From contig NZ_JAUXUP010000015.1 of the NCBI RefSeq assembly GCF_030680935.1, positions 1,948 through 65,947 of the forward strand: DNA of 64,000 nucleotides, written 5' to 3'. The position numbers and the translations under genes are program-made. Shown piece after piece: positions 56,785-64,000 of the stretch. The notes beneath the pieces were generated by a model. That model saw nothing but the letters and a program-made list of their open reading frames with translations. It made no database searches and was not told the DNA's origin. Position 1 is the first letter of the stretch, and every line of letters starts with the position of its first letter. This DNA is from Polaromonas sp. (lineage in GTDB: Bacteria; Pseudomonadota; Gammaproteobacteria; Burkholderiales; Burkholderiaceae_C).

Positions 56785-57575
56785 ACGCTGGCGCGCCGTT
56801 TTCTGCGCTACCTATCGCCTGGAGCCAGCCCTGGTTGGAGCCCTGGCGTGAAACCGGCCAATGCGTGGCACAAAACATCGCAGGCGGTGCCCCGATTCAT
56901 GATGCGCTGAACCAGCAGCAGGCTGGCGTCCCGCGCTTTGTGCCACAAAGCGCCTTGCCGCCGGGGCACGCCTATGAACAGTTCATTTCCGAAACAGGTG
57001 CTGTCCCTACCCGCAACAACCTGCACGACTTTTTCAACGGCCTGTGCTGGCTGCGCTTTCCTGAAACCAAGAAAAAACTCAACCAGCTGCAAGCATCAGA
57101 AATTGCCAGTGCGGGTGTTACCCCTCTGCGCGGGCCGGTGCGCGATGCGCTGACGGTGTTTGACGAAAATGCGGCTTTCCTGCAGGCGCCGCAACCGCTT
57201 TGGGATGCCCTGCTGGCGCGCGACTGGCTGCGCTTGTTTGTGGACCTGCGGCCGCTGTGGCAGCAGGCGCAGCTGGTGCTCTTTGGCCACGCGTTGCTGG
57301 AGAAGCTGCTTGATCCACGAAAAACGATCACAGCCCATGTGTACCGAGCGCAACCAGCTATGAATTCGATAGCGAAACTGGACGCCTGGGTGGCGCAAGA
57401 CTTAAGCGCTGGCAAGCTGGCCGGCAAGCCATTTACCCCTTTGCCCGTGTTGGGTGTTCCGGGCTGGTGCGCCGAAAACGAGAACTTTTCCTTTTATGAT
57501 GATTCCTCTGTTTTCAGGCCGCGCAGCGCAGGAGCCCGCAGAAAAACCCGTGTAGTGGGCTGTGGTGAGACTTGA
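56781..57575 (+). CDS. DUF3025 domain protein
   Basis: FVPQ..LP.G..YE..I, PTR.NLHDFFN, RDALTVFDEN, FGHALLEKL, PLPVLGVPGW. Confidence 0.85.
   Translation: MNAGAPFSALPIAWSQPWLEPWRETGQCVAQNIAGGAPIHDALNQQQAGVPRFVPQSALPPGHAYEQFISETGAVPTRNNLHDFFNGLCWLRFPETKKKLNQLQASEIASAGVTPLRGPVRDALTVFDENAAFLQAPQPLWDALLARDWLRLFVDLRPLWQQAQLVLFGHALLEKLLDPRKTITAHVYRAQPAMNSIAKLDAWVAQDLSAGKLAGKPFTPLPVLGVPGWCAENENFSFYDDSSVFRPRSAGARRKTRVVGCGET
57333..57373 (+). repeat. 41-bp spaced motif, copy 10 (in frame in DUF3025)
   Basis: GCCC-ATGTGTACCGA-GCG-CAACC-AGCT-ATGAATTCGA-TAGC; encodes AHVYRAQPAMNSIA. Confidence 0.8.
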
Positions 57576-57598
57576 TTTGGACTGAATTTGCCCCATTT
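57571..57598 (+). promoter_or_regulatory. Sigma32 (RpoH) promoter of htpX
   Basis: CTTGAT-N14-CCCCATTT, matching the CTTGAA-N13/14-CCCCATNT consensus, upstream of a heat-shock gene. Confidence 0.7.
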
Positions 57599-57659
57599 TC
57601 TGCAGGAGCAGCCCGATTTTCGGCTGGCTTTTTTTAATGTCGACCTCTACGGAGCATCC

Positions 57660-58544
57660 ATGAAACGTATTTTTCTGTTCGTCATGACCAACCTTGCAGT
57701 GGTGGTGGTGCTGGGCATCGTCGCCAGCTTGCTGGGTGTCAATCGTTACCTGACACCGCAGGGCCTGAACCTGGGCATGCTGCTCGGTTTTGCCGCCGTC
57801 ATCGGTTTTGGTGGCGCCATTATTTCCCTCTTGATCAGCAAGCCCGTCGCCAAGTGGAGCTCGGGCGTGCGTGTCATCAACGAGCCGCAAAACGCCGACG
57901 AAGCCTGGATTGTCCAGACCGTTCAAAAGCTGGCGACCGAAGCCGGTATCGGTATGCCGGAGGTCGGTATTTTTGAGGGTGCGCCCAACGCCTTTGCCAC
58001 CGGTGCTTTTAAAAACTCGGCGCTGGTGGCGGTGTCTACCGGCTTGCTGCAGGGCATGACGCGCGAAGAGATTGAAGCCGTGCTGGGCCACGAGATCGCC
58101 CACATCGCCAATGGCGACATGGTCACCATGACGCTGATTCAGGGCGTGATGAACACTTTTGTGGTGTTCCTCAGCCGCGTGATTGGTTATGCGGTGGACA
58201 GCTTTTTGCGCCGTGGCAGCGACAACAACTCCGGCCCCGGCATTGGTTACTGGGTCACCACCATCGTGCTGGACATCGTACTCGGGTTTGCAGCCGCCAT
58301 CGTGGTGGCCTGGTTCTCACGGCACCGCGAGTTTCGCGCCGATGCCGGTGCGGCGCAGCTGATGGGGCGCAAGCAGCCCATGATCAACGCGCTGGCCCGC
58401 CTGGGCGGCATGGTGCCCGGTGAGTTGCCAAAAAGCGTGGCGGCCTTCGGAATTGCCGGCGGCATAGGCAAGCTGTTCAGCACGCACCCGCCGATTGAAG
58501 AGCGTATTGCCGCGCTGCAAAACGCACAACCCGGCCAGGTCTGA
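57660..58544 (+). CDS. htpX: Membrane zinc metalloprotease HtpX
   Basis: [29 protein letters not shown] (HExxH), [17 protein letters not shown]. Confidence 0.95.
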   Translation: MKRIFLFVMTNLAVVVVLGIVASLLGVNRYLTPQGLNLGMLLGFAAVIGFGGAIISLLISKPVAKWSSGVRVINEPQNADEAWIVQTVQKLATEAGIGMPEVGIFEGAPNAFATGAFKNSALVAVSTGLLQGMTREEIEAVLGHEIAHIANGDMVTMTLIQGVMNTFVVFLSRVIGYAVDSFLRRGSDNNSGPGIGYWVTTIVLDIVLGFAAAIVVAWFSRHREFRADAGAAQLMGRKQPMINALARLGGMVPGELPKSVAAFGIAGGIGKLFSTHPPIEERIAALQNAQPGQV

Positions 58545-58564
58545 GCTGGCCGGGCCACAAACTG

Positions 58565-58596
58565 AAAAAGCCGCTGCTGCTGCAGCGGCTTTTTTT
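58565..58596. terminator. Bidirectional intrinsic terminator
   Basis: aaaaagccgctgc-tgct-gcagcggcttttttt between convergent genes. Confidence 0.85.
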
Positions 58597-60229
58597 AGGG
58601 TCGGGCGCCGCTCGCAGTGATGCTGAGCGCCACCGCCTCGGCCACCTCAATGCCGTCCACACCGGCCGACAAAATGCCGCCCGCGTAGCTGGCGCCTTCA
58701 CCCGCCGGGTACAGCCCTTTTACATTGATACTCTGAAAATCGTCGCCGCGCGTGATGCGCAGCGGTGACGAGGTGCGGGTCTCCACCCCGGTCAGCACCG
58801 CGTCAAACATGTCAAAACCCTTGATCTTCTTGCCAAACACCGGCAGGGCCTCCCGCATCGCGGTGATGGCGTAGGCGGGTAGCGCGCTGGCCAGGTCGGT
58901 CATCAACACGCCGGGTTTGTAGGAGGGCTCTACGCTGCCTAGCTGCGTGGAAGCATTGCCCGCCACAAAGTCCCCGACCAGCTGGCCAGGCGCGTGGTAG
59001 TTGCTGCCGCCCAGCGTGAAGGCATGTGACTCCAGCGCGCGCTGAAAGTGGATGCCCGCCAGCGGACCGCCCGGATAGTCGGCTGGGGTGATGCCCACCA
59101 CAATGCCGGCGTTGGCATTGCGCTCGTTGCGCGAATATTGGCTCATGCCGTTGGTCACCACACGGCCCTCTTCCGAAGTGGCCGCCACCACCGTACCGCC
59201 CGGGCACATGCAAAAGCTGTAGACAGAACGGCCATTGGCTGCGTGGTGCACCAGCTTGTAGTCGGCAGCGCCCAGCAGCGGGTGACCGGCGTGCTGGCCC
59301 AGCCGCGCGCGGTCAATCAGGCCCTGCGGGTGTTCGATGCGAAAGCCGACTGAAAATGGCTTGGCCTCCATATACACGCCGCGTTCATGCAGCATGGCGA
59401 AGGTGTCGCGTGCACTGTGGCCGGGTGCCAGCACCACATGGTCGGTACGAAGCTCGTAGCTTGTGCCATCGGCCAGGTTCTGCACTGTCAGGCCCCTGAG
59501 CTGGCCGTTTTCTATCAGCACATCGCTCAGGCGCTGCTCAAAACGGATCTCACCTCCCATGGCAATGATCTGCTCGCGCATGTGTTCCACCACCTTGACC
59601 AGCTTGAAGGTGCCTATATGGGGCTTGCTGACCAGCAAAATTTCGTCGGGTGCGCCGGCTTTGACAAACTCTGTCATCACCTTGCGGCCCAGGAAACGCG
59701 GGTCCTTGATCTGGCTCCATAACTTGCCGTCGGAAAAGGTGCCGGCGCCGCCTTCGCCAAACTGCACGTTCGACTCGGGATTCAGCACACTTTTGCGCCA
59801 CAGGCCCCAGGTGTCTTTGGTGCGTTCACGCACCTTTTTGCCACGCTCCAGCACGATGGGATGCAAACCCATCTGCGCCAGCAGCAAGGCCGCAAAAATG
59901 CCGCAGGGGCCGAAGCCGACGACTACCGGACGCAGCGCCGGGGCCTGAGCGGCGCTGGCGACCAGGTGGTAGCTTTGATCAGGGGCGGGGCGAATATGCG
60001 GGTTGTCGTCAAACTTTGCCAGCAGGCTGGCCTCCAGCGCGGGGCTGGCCACCTCTACATCGGCGATGTAAACCAGCAGCAGCTTTTGCTTGCGCGCGTC
60101 GTAACTGCGTTTGTAGACGGTGTGGCTTTGCAGGTCGGCGCGCGTGATGCCCAGTGTGGCGGCAATCAGCGCGGGCAGGGCGTCTGCGGGGTGGTCAAGC
60201 GGGAGCTTGAGCTCGGTCAGGCGAATCAT
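58595..60229 (-). CDS. NAD(P)/FAD-dependent oxidoreductase (COG2509-like)
   Basis: VVVGFGPCG, GEGGAGTFSDGKL, FCMCPGG, GVETRTSSP, YPAGEGASYAGGI. Confidence 0.9.
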   Translation of the reverse strand: MIRLTELKLPLDHPADALPALIAATLGITRADLQSHTVYKRSYDARKQKLLLVYIADVEVASPALEASLLAKFDDNPHIRPAPDQSYHLVASAAQAPALRPVVVGFGPCGIFAALLLAQMGLHPIVLERGKKVRERTKDTWGLWRKSVLNPESNVQFGEGGAGTFSDGKLWSQIKDPRFLGRKVMTEFVKAGAPDEILLVSKPHIGTFKLVKVVEHMREQIIAMGGEIRFEQRLSDVLIENGQLRGLTVQNLADGTSYELRTDHVVLAPGHSARDTFAMLHERGVYMEAKPFSVGFRIEHPQGLIDRARLGQHAGHPLLGAADYKLVHHAANGRSVYSFCMCPGGTVVAATSEEGRVVTNGMSQYSRNERNANAGIVVGITPADYPGGPLAGIHFQRALESHAFTLGGSNYHAPGQLVGDFVAGNASTQLGSVEPSYKPGVLMTDLASALPAYAITAMREALPVFGKKIKGFDMFDAVLTGVETRTSSPLRITRGDDFQSINVKGLYPAGEGASYAGGILSAGVDGIEVAEAVALSITASGARP

Positions 60230-60285
60230 GGCGGGTGTACCTCGTGGATCTGTATTTCGGATCTGTGAAGCATTTTAGGTCACTG

Positions 60286-60326
60286 GCCCATATGGGGCTT
60301 GCGCAACCAGCTATCAAATAAGTAGC
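60286..60326 (+). repeat. 41-bp spaced motif, copy 11 (in the rnpB promoter region)
   Basis: GCCC-ATATGGGGCTT-GCG-CAACC-AGCT-ATCAAATAAG-TAGC, ending 27 bp before rnpB. Confidence 0.85.
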
Positions 60327-60353
60327 AGACGAATTGCCGGGATAATAGACCCC

Positions 60354-60681
60354 GTGAAGCACGCCAGACTGCCGCTGGTGCAAGGGTGGAAACACCGCAC
60401 TGGAGGAAGGTCCGGACTGCACAGGGCAGCGTAGCAGCTAACGGCTGTCCACCGTGAGGTGAGGATCAGAGCTACAGAGACGAGCCGGTTAAGTCCGGGT
60501 GAAACGAGCAATCTCTACGCGCAGCAATACCAAGTAGGCACACGTTGACGGGGCCCCCGGAGTGTGCGGGTAGGTAGCACCGAGCCGTCTGGCGACAGAC
60601 GGCCCAGATTAATGGCAGTCACGGGGCGGTAACCGCAAGGAAGTCGTTCCGCACAAAATCCGGCCTATCGGCGGGCTTCAC
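60354..60681 (+). ncRNA. rnpB: RNase P RNA, class A
   Basis: GAGGAAGGTCCGGACT (P4), GGGTGAAAC, GAGCAATAC-like, ACAAAATCCGGCCTA; P1 pairing GTGAAGC...GCTTCAC. Confidence 0.95.
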
Positions 60682-60683
60682 AC

Positions 60684-61046
60684 TTATTCAGCTTGCTTGA
60701 AGATCGACAAATCAAGCGGCCGCACGGCTCCCATCCAGATCGCATGGTCGCGGTGGTCGGCAAGGTCGTCACCCGTCAGCGGATGGGTGAATATCACCAA
60801 CCCCTCCCGGTTCAGCGCCAGCCAGGTGATGACTTCACCCGCTATCGCCGCATCAAAGGCCAGCTGACAACTCCAGTCCGGGTGAGGGCCCACAGGCTGC
60901 TGATGAATACGCCCCATTTGCAAGGGAAAGCGCCGCGCTGCCGCTTCACACAGGCTGCGCGCTTTTTCCAGGCTGCTGGCGTCAAAGTACACATGGGCAT
61001 GAAAACCCGTGACCGGCGCTTGTGGGGTGATGCTTGCGGTGTTCAT
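60684..61046 (-). CDS. DOPA 4,5-dioxygenase family protein
   Basis: FHAHVYFD, GPHP.WS.Q, L.IFTHPLTG....DH...AIW.G; start overlaps the upstream stop (TGATG). Confidence 0.88.
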   Translation of the reverse strand: MNTASITPQAPVTGFHAHVYFDASSLEKARSLCEAAARRFPLQMGRIHQQPVGPHPDWSCQLAFDAAIAGEVITWLALNREGLVIFTHPLTGDDLADHRDHAIWMGAVRPLDLSIFKQAE

Positions 61047-62695
61047 CAGGCTGAAAATCCTGCTGACTGGATTCTCTCCACATGCGCCAGCAGCGACCGT
61101 TTGGCCACCGGCCAGATGCGTGGGTCCACATCGTCGTAGGCGAGTTTGACCCAGTCGTCCATCGATCCATCCGGTTGCGCCTGCATCACGCCAATGATTT
61201 TGGCTTCGCGTTTCAGGCGGTGCGCCTTGAGCTGGGCAATCGCGGTTTTGGCTTCGCCAATCACGTAGCCGTGGGCCGGCGCGATGAAGCTGATGCCGTG
61301 TTCGTCGCAGGCGGCGCTGAGGCCGTCCAGCGACTCCAGGTAGGCGTTCATGTTGCCGTCGGGCGGGTCCACCACGGTGGTGCTGCCGTTGAGGATGTGG
61401 TCGCCGCTGAACAAAATACCGTCTTCCACCAGCACCAGGCACAGGTGGTTGGCGGCGTGGCCGGGGGTGTGAATCACCTTCAATGTGTGAGTTATTTTGG
61501 CCTCTGGCCCTTGTCCCGCAAGCGTGAGCAGCTCCTGATTTGATAGCGACCGGTCGGGCGCAAACTGGCTGGCGGCTCGGGCTGTGGGTGCCGAGGGCAG
61601 GCCCAGAATCGGTGGGGGTGTGCCACACATCGCCTGCAGCGGTTTGGCGCCCGGCGAGTGGTCGGCGTGTGAGTGGGTGCACACAATCATGCGGATGTTG
61701 CCGCCCGCTGCGCGCCACAGGCGTTGCAGGTGGTCGCTGTCCGCCGGGCCGGGGTCGATCGCGATGTAGCCGGTGTTCGGGTCGCCGACCAGGTAGCTGT
61801 TGGTGCCGGGGCCGGTCATCACGCCGGGGTTGGGTGCGGTCAGGCGCATCAGGTTTTTCAGCAGCGCCGCGGGTTGCGCCGTCTGCCAGTCGAGTGCGTG
61901 CACCATCTGCCCGTCGGGGCTGGTCAGCGCGAGTTCGCCATACGGTGCTTCATGCTCCATGTAGCGTGCTTCGGCCCCTTCCAGAAAACCGGCGCGCGGG
62001 CAGGATGTCCACAGCGGCTGTTCTGAAGCGGCGCAGGCCTGCAGCACGGCATCCACGGTTTTGAAATGCTGCAGGCGCTGCAGCGTGCGTATGGTCGGGA
62101 AGATGATAAAAAAGCCGCCGGCTTCATGCCGCGCCAGCGCGTCGGCCGGCCGCACCCAGCAGGGTTCAAACTGCTCGGCTTCGTCGGCCACCGGCTCCTG
62201 GCCCTCGGGCATGCGCGCCACCAGAAAAGGCACATCAAAGCGGCGTGGCAGATCCCGGTCGGTGACCCAGTGCGCCAGCACAAACACCTGGTCGCCGGCC
62301 AGTACCAGGCCTTGGTCGCGGCACTGCGCGGCAAACGGCGCCTTGCGGTCCAGCGCCGCGATGTCGGCGGTGGTCGCATGGCTGCCGTCGGCATGACGGG
62401 CCAGCAGCACGCCGAGTTCTTCAAAACTTTCGCGGATGGCGGCAATCGCCTGTGTCAGGTGCAAATCGCTCTGGCTGGCGCGGCGCGTGGACTGCGCATG
62501 CGCCGCACTGTCGGCTGCATCGATGCCGCCGCCGGGGAAGACATAGGCGCCCGGCGCAAAACTGGCTGTCATGGAGCGCCGCGTCATCAGCACCTCGATG
62601 CCTTGCGGGCTGTCGCGCAGAAGCAGCACGGTGGCCGCAGGGCGGGTGGGCGCGGGTTCGCGCTGCGGGTACAGGAGTTGGGAGGGTCGGACCAT
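61046..62695 (-). CDS. Nudix (NUDT19-like) + MBL-fold (LACTB2-like) fusion protein
   Basis: N-terminal RPAATVLLLRD..FAPGAYVFPGG..AIRESFEELG; C-terminal APNPGVMTGPGTNSY, THSHADHS, HTPGHAANH, SGDHIL, PAHG plus winged helix. Confidence 0.88.
   Translation of the reverse strand: MVRPSQLLYPQREPAPTRPAATVLLLRDSPQGIEVLMTRRSMTASFAPGAYVFPGGGIDAADSAAHAQSTRRASQSDLHLTQAIAAIRESFEELGVLLARHADGSHATTADIAALDRKAPFAAQCRDQGLVLAGDQVFVLAHWVTDRDLPRRFDVPFLVARMPEGQEPVADEAEQFEPCWVRPADALARHEAGGFFIIFPTIRTLQRLQHFKTVDAVLQACAASEQPLWTSCPRAGFLEGAEARYMEHEAPYGELALTSPDGQMVHALDWQTAQPAALLKNLMRLTAPNPGVMTGPGTNSYLVGDPNTGYIAIDPGPADSDHLQRLWRAAGGNIRMIVCTHSHADHSPGAKPLQAMCGTPPPILGLPSAPTARAASQFAPDRSLSNQELLTLAGQGPEAKITHTLKVIHTPGHAANHLCLVLVEDGILFSGDHILNGSTTVVDPPDGNMNAYLESLDGLSAACDEHGISFIAPAHGYVIGEAKTAIAQLKAHRLKREAKIIGVMQAQPDGSMDDWVKLAYDDVDPRIWPVAKRSLLAHVERIQSAGFSA
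61507..61547 (+). repeat. 41-bp spaced motif, copy 12 (antisense, within the MBL domain)
   Basis: GCCC-TTGTCCCGCAA-GCG-TGAGC-AGCT-CCTGATTTGA-TAGC; the gene strand encodes LSNQELLTLAGQG. Confidence 0.8.
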
Positions 62696-62832
62696 GGGCT
62701 GATTTTGCGCGAAGCGCGGAGGGACGTGGGGGTGTGATGCGAATGGTTGGCATGCTAAGTATTAACCGCAATGGCGGTTTGACTGGCTCCTGCCGATACT
62801 GGCGACTACTTCATTCGCAGGATCACCCCACC

Positions 62833-63810
62833 ATGAAACACTGGATCTCCCGAACCGCCCTGGCCGTCACGGCCGCCGCGCTGTGCGCCACCTCGATGAG
62901 TGCCATGGCCCAGGCCTGGCCCGCCAAACAGCCGATCAAGTTTGTCGCTGTGTTCCCGCCTGGCGGCTCGGTCGATCAGGTGGCCCGCATCCTGGCAGTG
63001 CCGTTGTCGCAGCAACTGGGGCAGAACATCATTGTGGAGAACAAGGGCGGCGCGTCCGGTTCCATTGGTACCGCGGCCGTGGCAACGGCGCCGGCCGACG
63101 GCTATACCTTCGCGGTGGTGTTCGACACCCACGGCGTCAACCCCAGCCTGATTCCCGGCATGCCCTTCGACACCCGCAAGGACCTGGCCCCGGTCATGGT
63201 CATCGGCACCTCGGCCATGGTGCTCGCCACCTTCGCGGCATCCGAGTACAAAACCTTTGGTGATGTGGTGGCCGCCGCCAAAGCGAAGAAGAATGTCAAC
63301 TACGGCAGCATTGGCTCCGGCAGCCTGGGCCACCTGGCCATGTCGCTGCTCTCCAAAAGCGGCGGTATCGACTGGCAACACGTGCCCTACAAGGGCGGCG
63401 GCCCGCTGATGAGCGACGCCGTCGCCGGCCATGTGCCGCTGGCCATCGGCTCGGTGTTTGTCACCAAACCGCACATCGACAGCGGCCGCCTGCGCCCGCT
63501 GGCCGTGACGACCAGCAAACGCGCGCCCGAACTGCCGAATGTGCCGACCGTGGCCGAAAGTGGTTTTGCTGGCTTCGACGCACCGGCCTGGTGGGCCATC
63601 CTGGCACCGGCCAAAACCCCGCCCGAGGTCATCAAGCGCATGAACGAGGAAATCAACAAGGCGCTGAAAAACCCGGAGATCGCGAACAAGCTCAGCGCGC
63701 AAGGCATCGACATCCTGGGCGGCACGCCCGACGCGGCGCGTGTCTTCATCGACAAACAGATCGACACCTGGGCCAAGGTGGTGAAGGACAACGGGATCAA
63801 GGCGGATTGA
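62833..63810 (+). CDS. Bug/TctC tripartite tricarboxylate transporter receptor
   Basis: Signal peptide; PPGGSVD..AR, VENKGGASG.IG, ADGYT, GSLGHL, HVPYKGGGP. Confidence 0.93.
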   Translation: MKHWISRTALAVTAAALCATSMSAMAQAWPAKQPIKFVAVFPPGGSVDQVARILAVPLSQQLGQNIIVENKGGASGSIGTAAVATAPADGYTFAVVFDTHGVNPSLIPGMPFDTRKDLAPVMVIGTSAMVLATFAASEYKTFGDVVAAAKAKKNVNYGSIGSGSLGHLAMSLLSKSGGIDWQHVPYKGGGPLMSDAVAGHVPLAIGSVFVTKPHIDSGRLRPLAVTTSKRAPELPNVPTVAESGFAGFDAPAWWAILAPAKTPPEVIKRMNEEINKALKNPEIANKLSAQGIDILGGTPDAARVFIDKQIDTWAKVVKDNGIKAD

Positions 63811-63830
63811 ACCTCGCTGCTGGATGATGG

Positions 63831-63852
63831 AAGGGCCTGCGGGCCCTTTTTT
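63831..63852 (+). terminator. Intrinsic terminator
   Basis: aagggcc-tgcg-ggccctt followed by tttt. Confidence 0.8.
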
Positions 63853-64000
63853 GTTTGGGCTGTACGCCACTGAAGGACGTCTCAGCTTTGCCGATGTGGC
63901 GCGGATGCTGCATGGCGTGCCCCGGCCATGCCGTGAGATGAAAAAGCGGGCCGGTTGCACGCCGACTCTGTCGGTTTGAAGGCTATAGTGGCGCAAGAAA

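Noticed and set aside
60684-61718. 344-aa version of the DOPA dioxygenase ORF
   Set aside because: The upstream part overlaps the Nudix-MBL gene in another frame; the recognisable domain starts at ATG 61046 with TGATG coupling.
63853-64000. Right-edge sequence
   Set aside because: No supported ORF or RNA motif; probably the promoter region of the next gene outside the window.

Overview
GC-rich betaproteobacterial chromosomal DNA, Comamonadaceae-like (inferred from gene content and repeat style). It is a core/metabolic region with no prophage, transposase or CRISPR. Left to right: a truncated sensor kinase and slmA; a sugar-acid catabolic island (TRAP transporter, GntR, two dehydratases, two SDRs, FAH hydrolase, Ldh_2); an orphan hybrid kinase; a TetR (FadP-like) beta-oxidation operon containing a deleted and frameshifted thioesterase pseudogene; an acyclic-terpene (atu) cluster facing a Liv-type ABC transporter with an embedded acyl-CoA ligase and a split AtuA; atm1-like ABC; LysR-gltIJKL; pyrC-NYN-DUF3025; htpX; RNase P RNA; a DOPA-dioxygenase with a Nudix-MBL fusion; and a Bug receptor. 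The most striking unexplained signal is a 41-bp motif, GCCC-N11-GCG-N5-AGCT-N10-TAGC, found 12 times with invariant spacing but divergent spacers. Seven copies lie in frame inside genes, and two of these encode signal peptides. Also notable are a 28-bp palindromic operator shared by the atu operon and the transporter/atuA promoter 17 kb away, and a ~114-bp structured repeat with compensatory base changes. Most product calls are family-level recognitions from motifs; no database searches were run.
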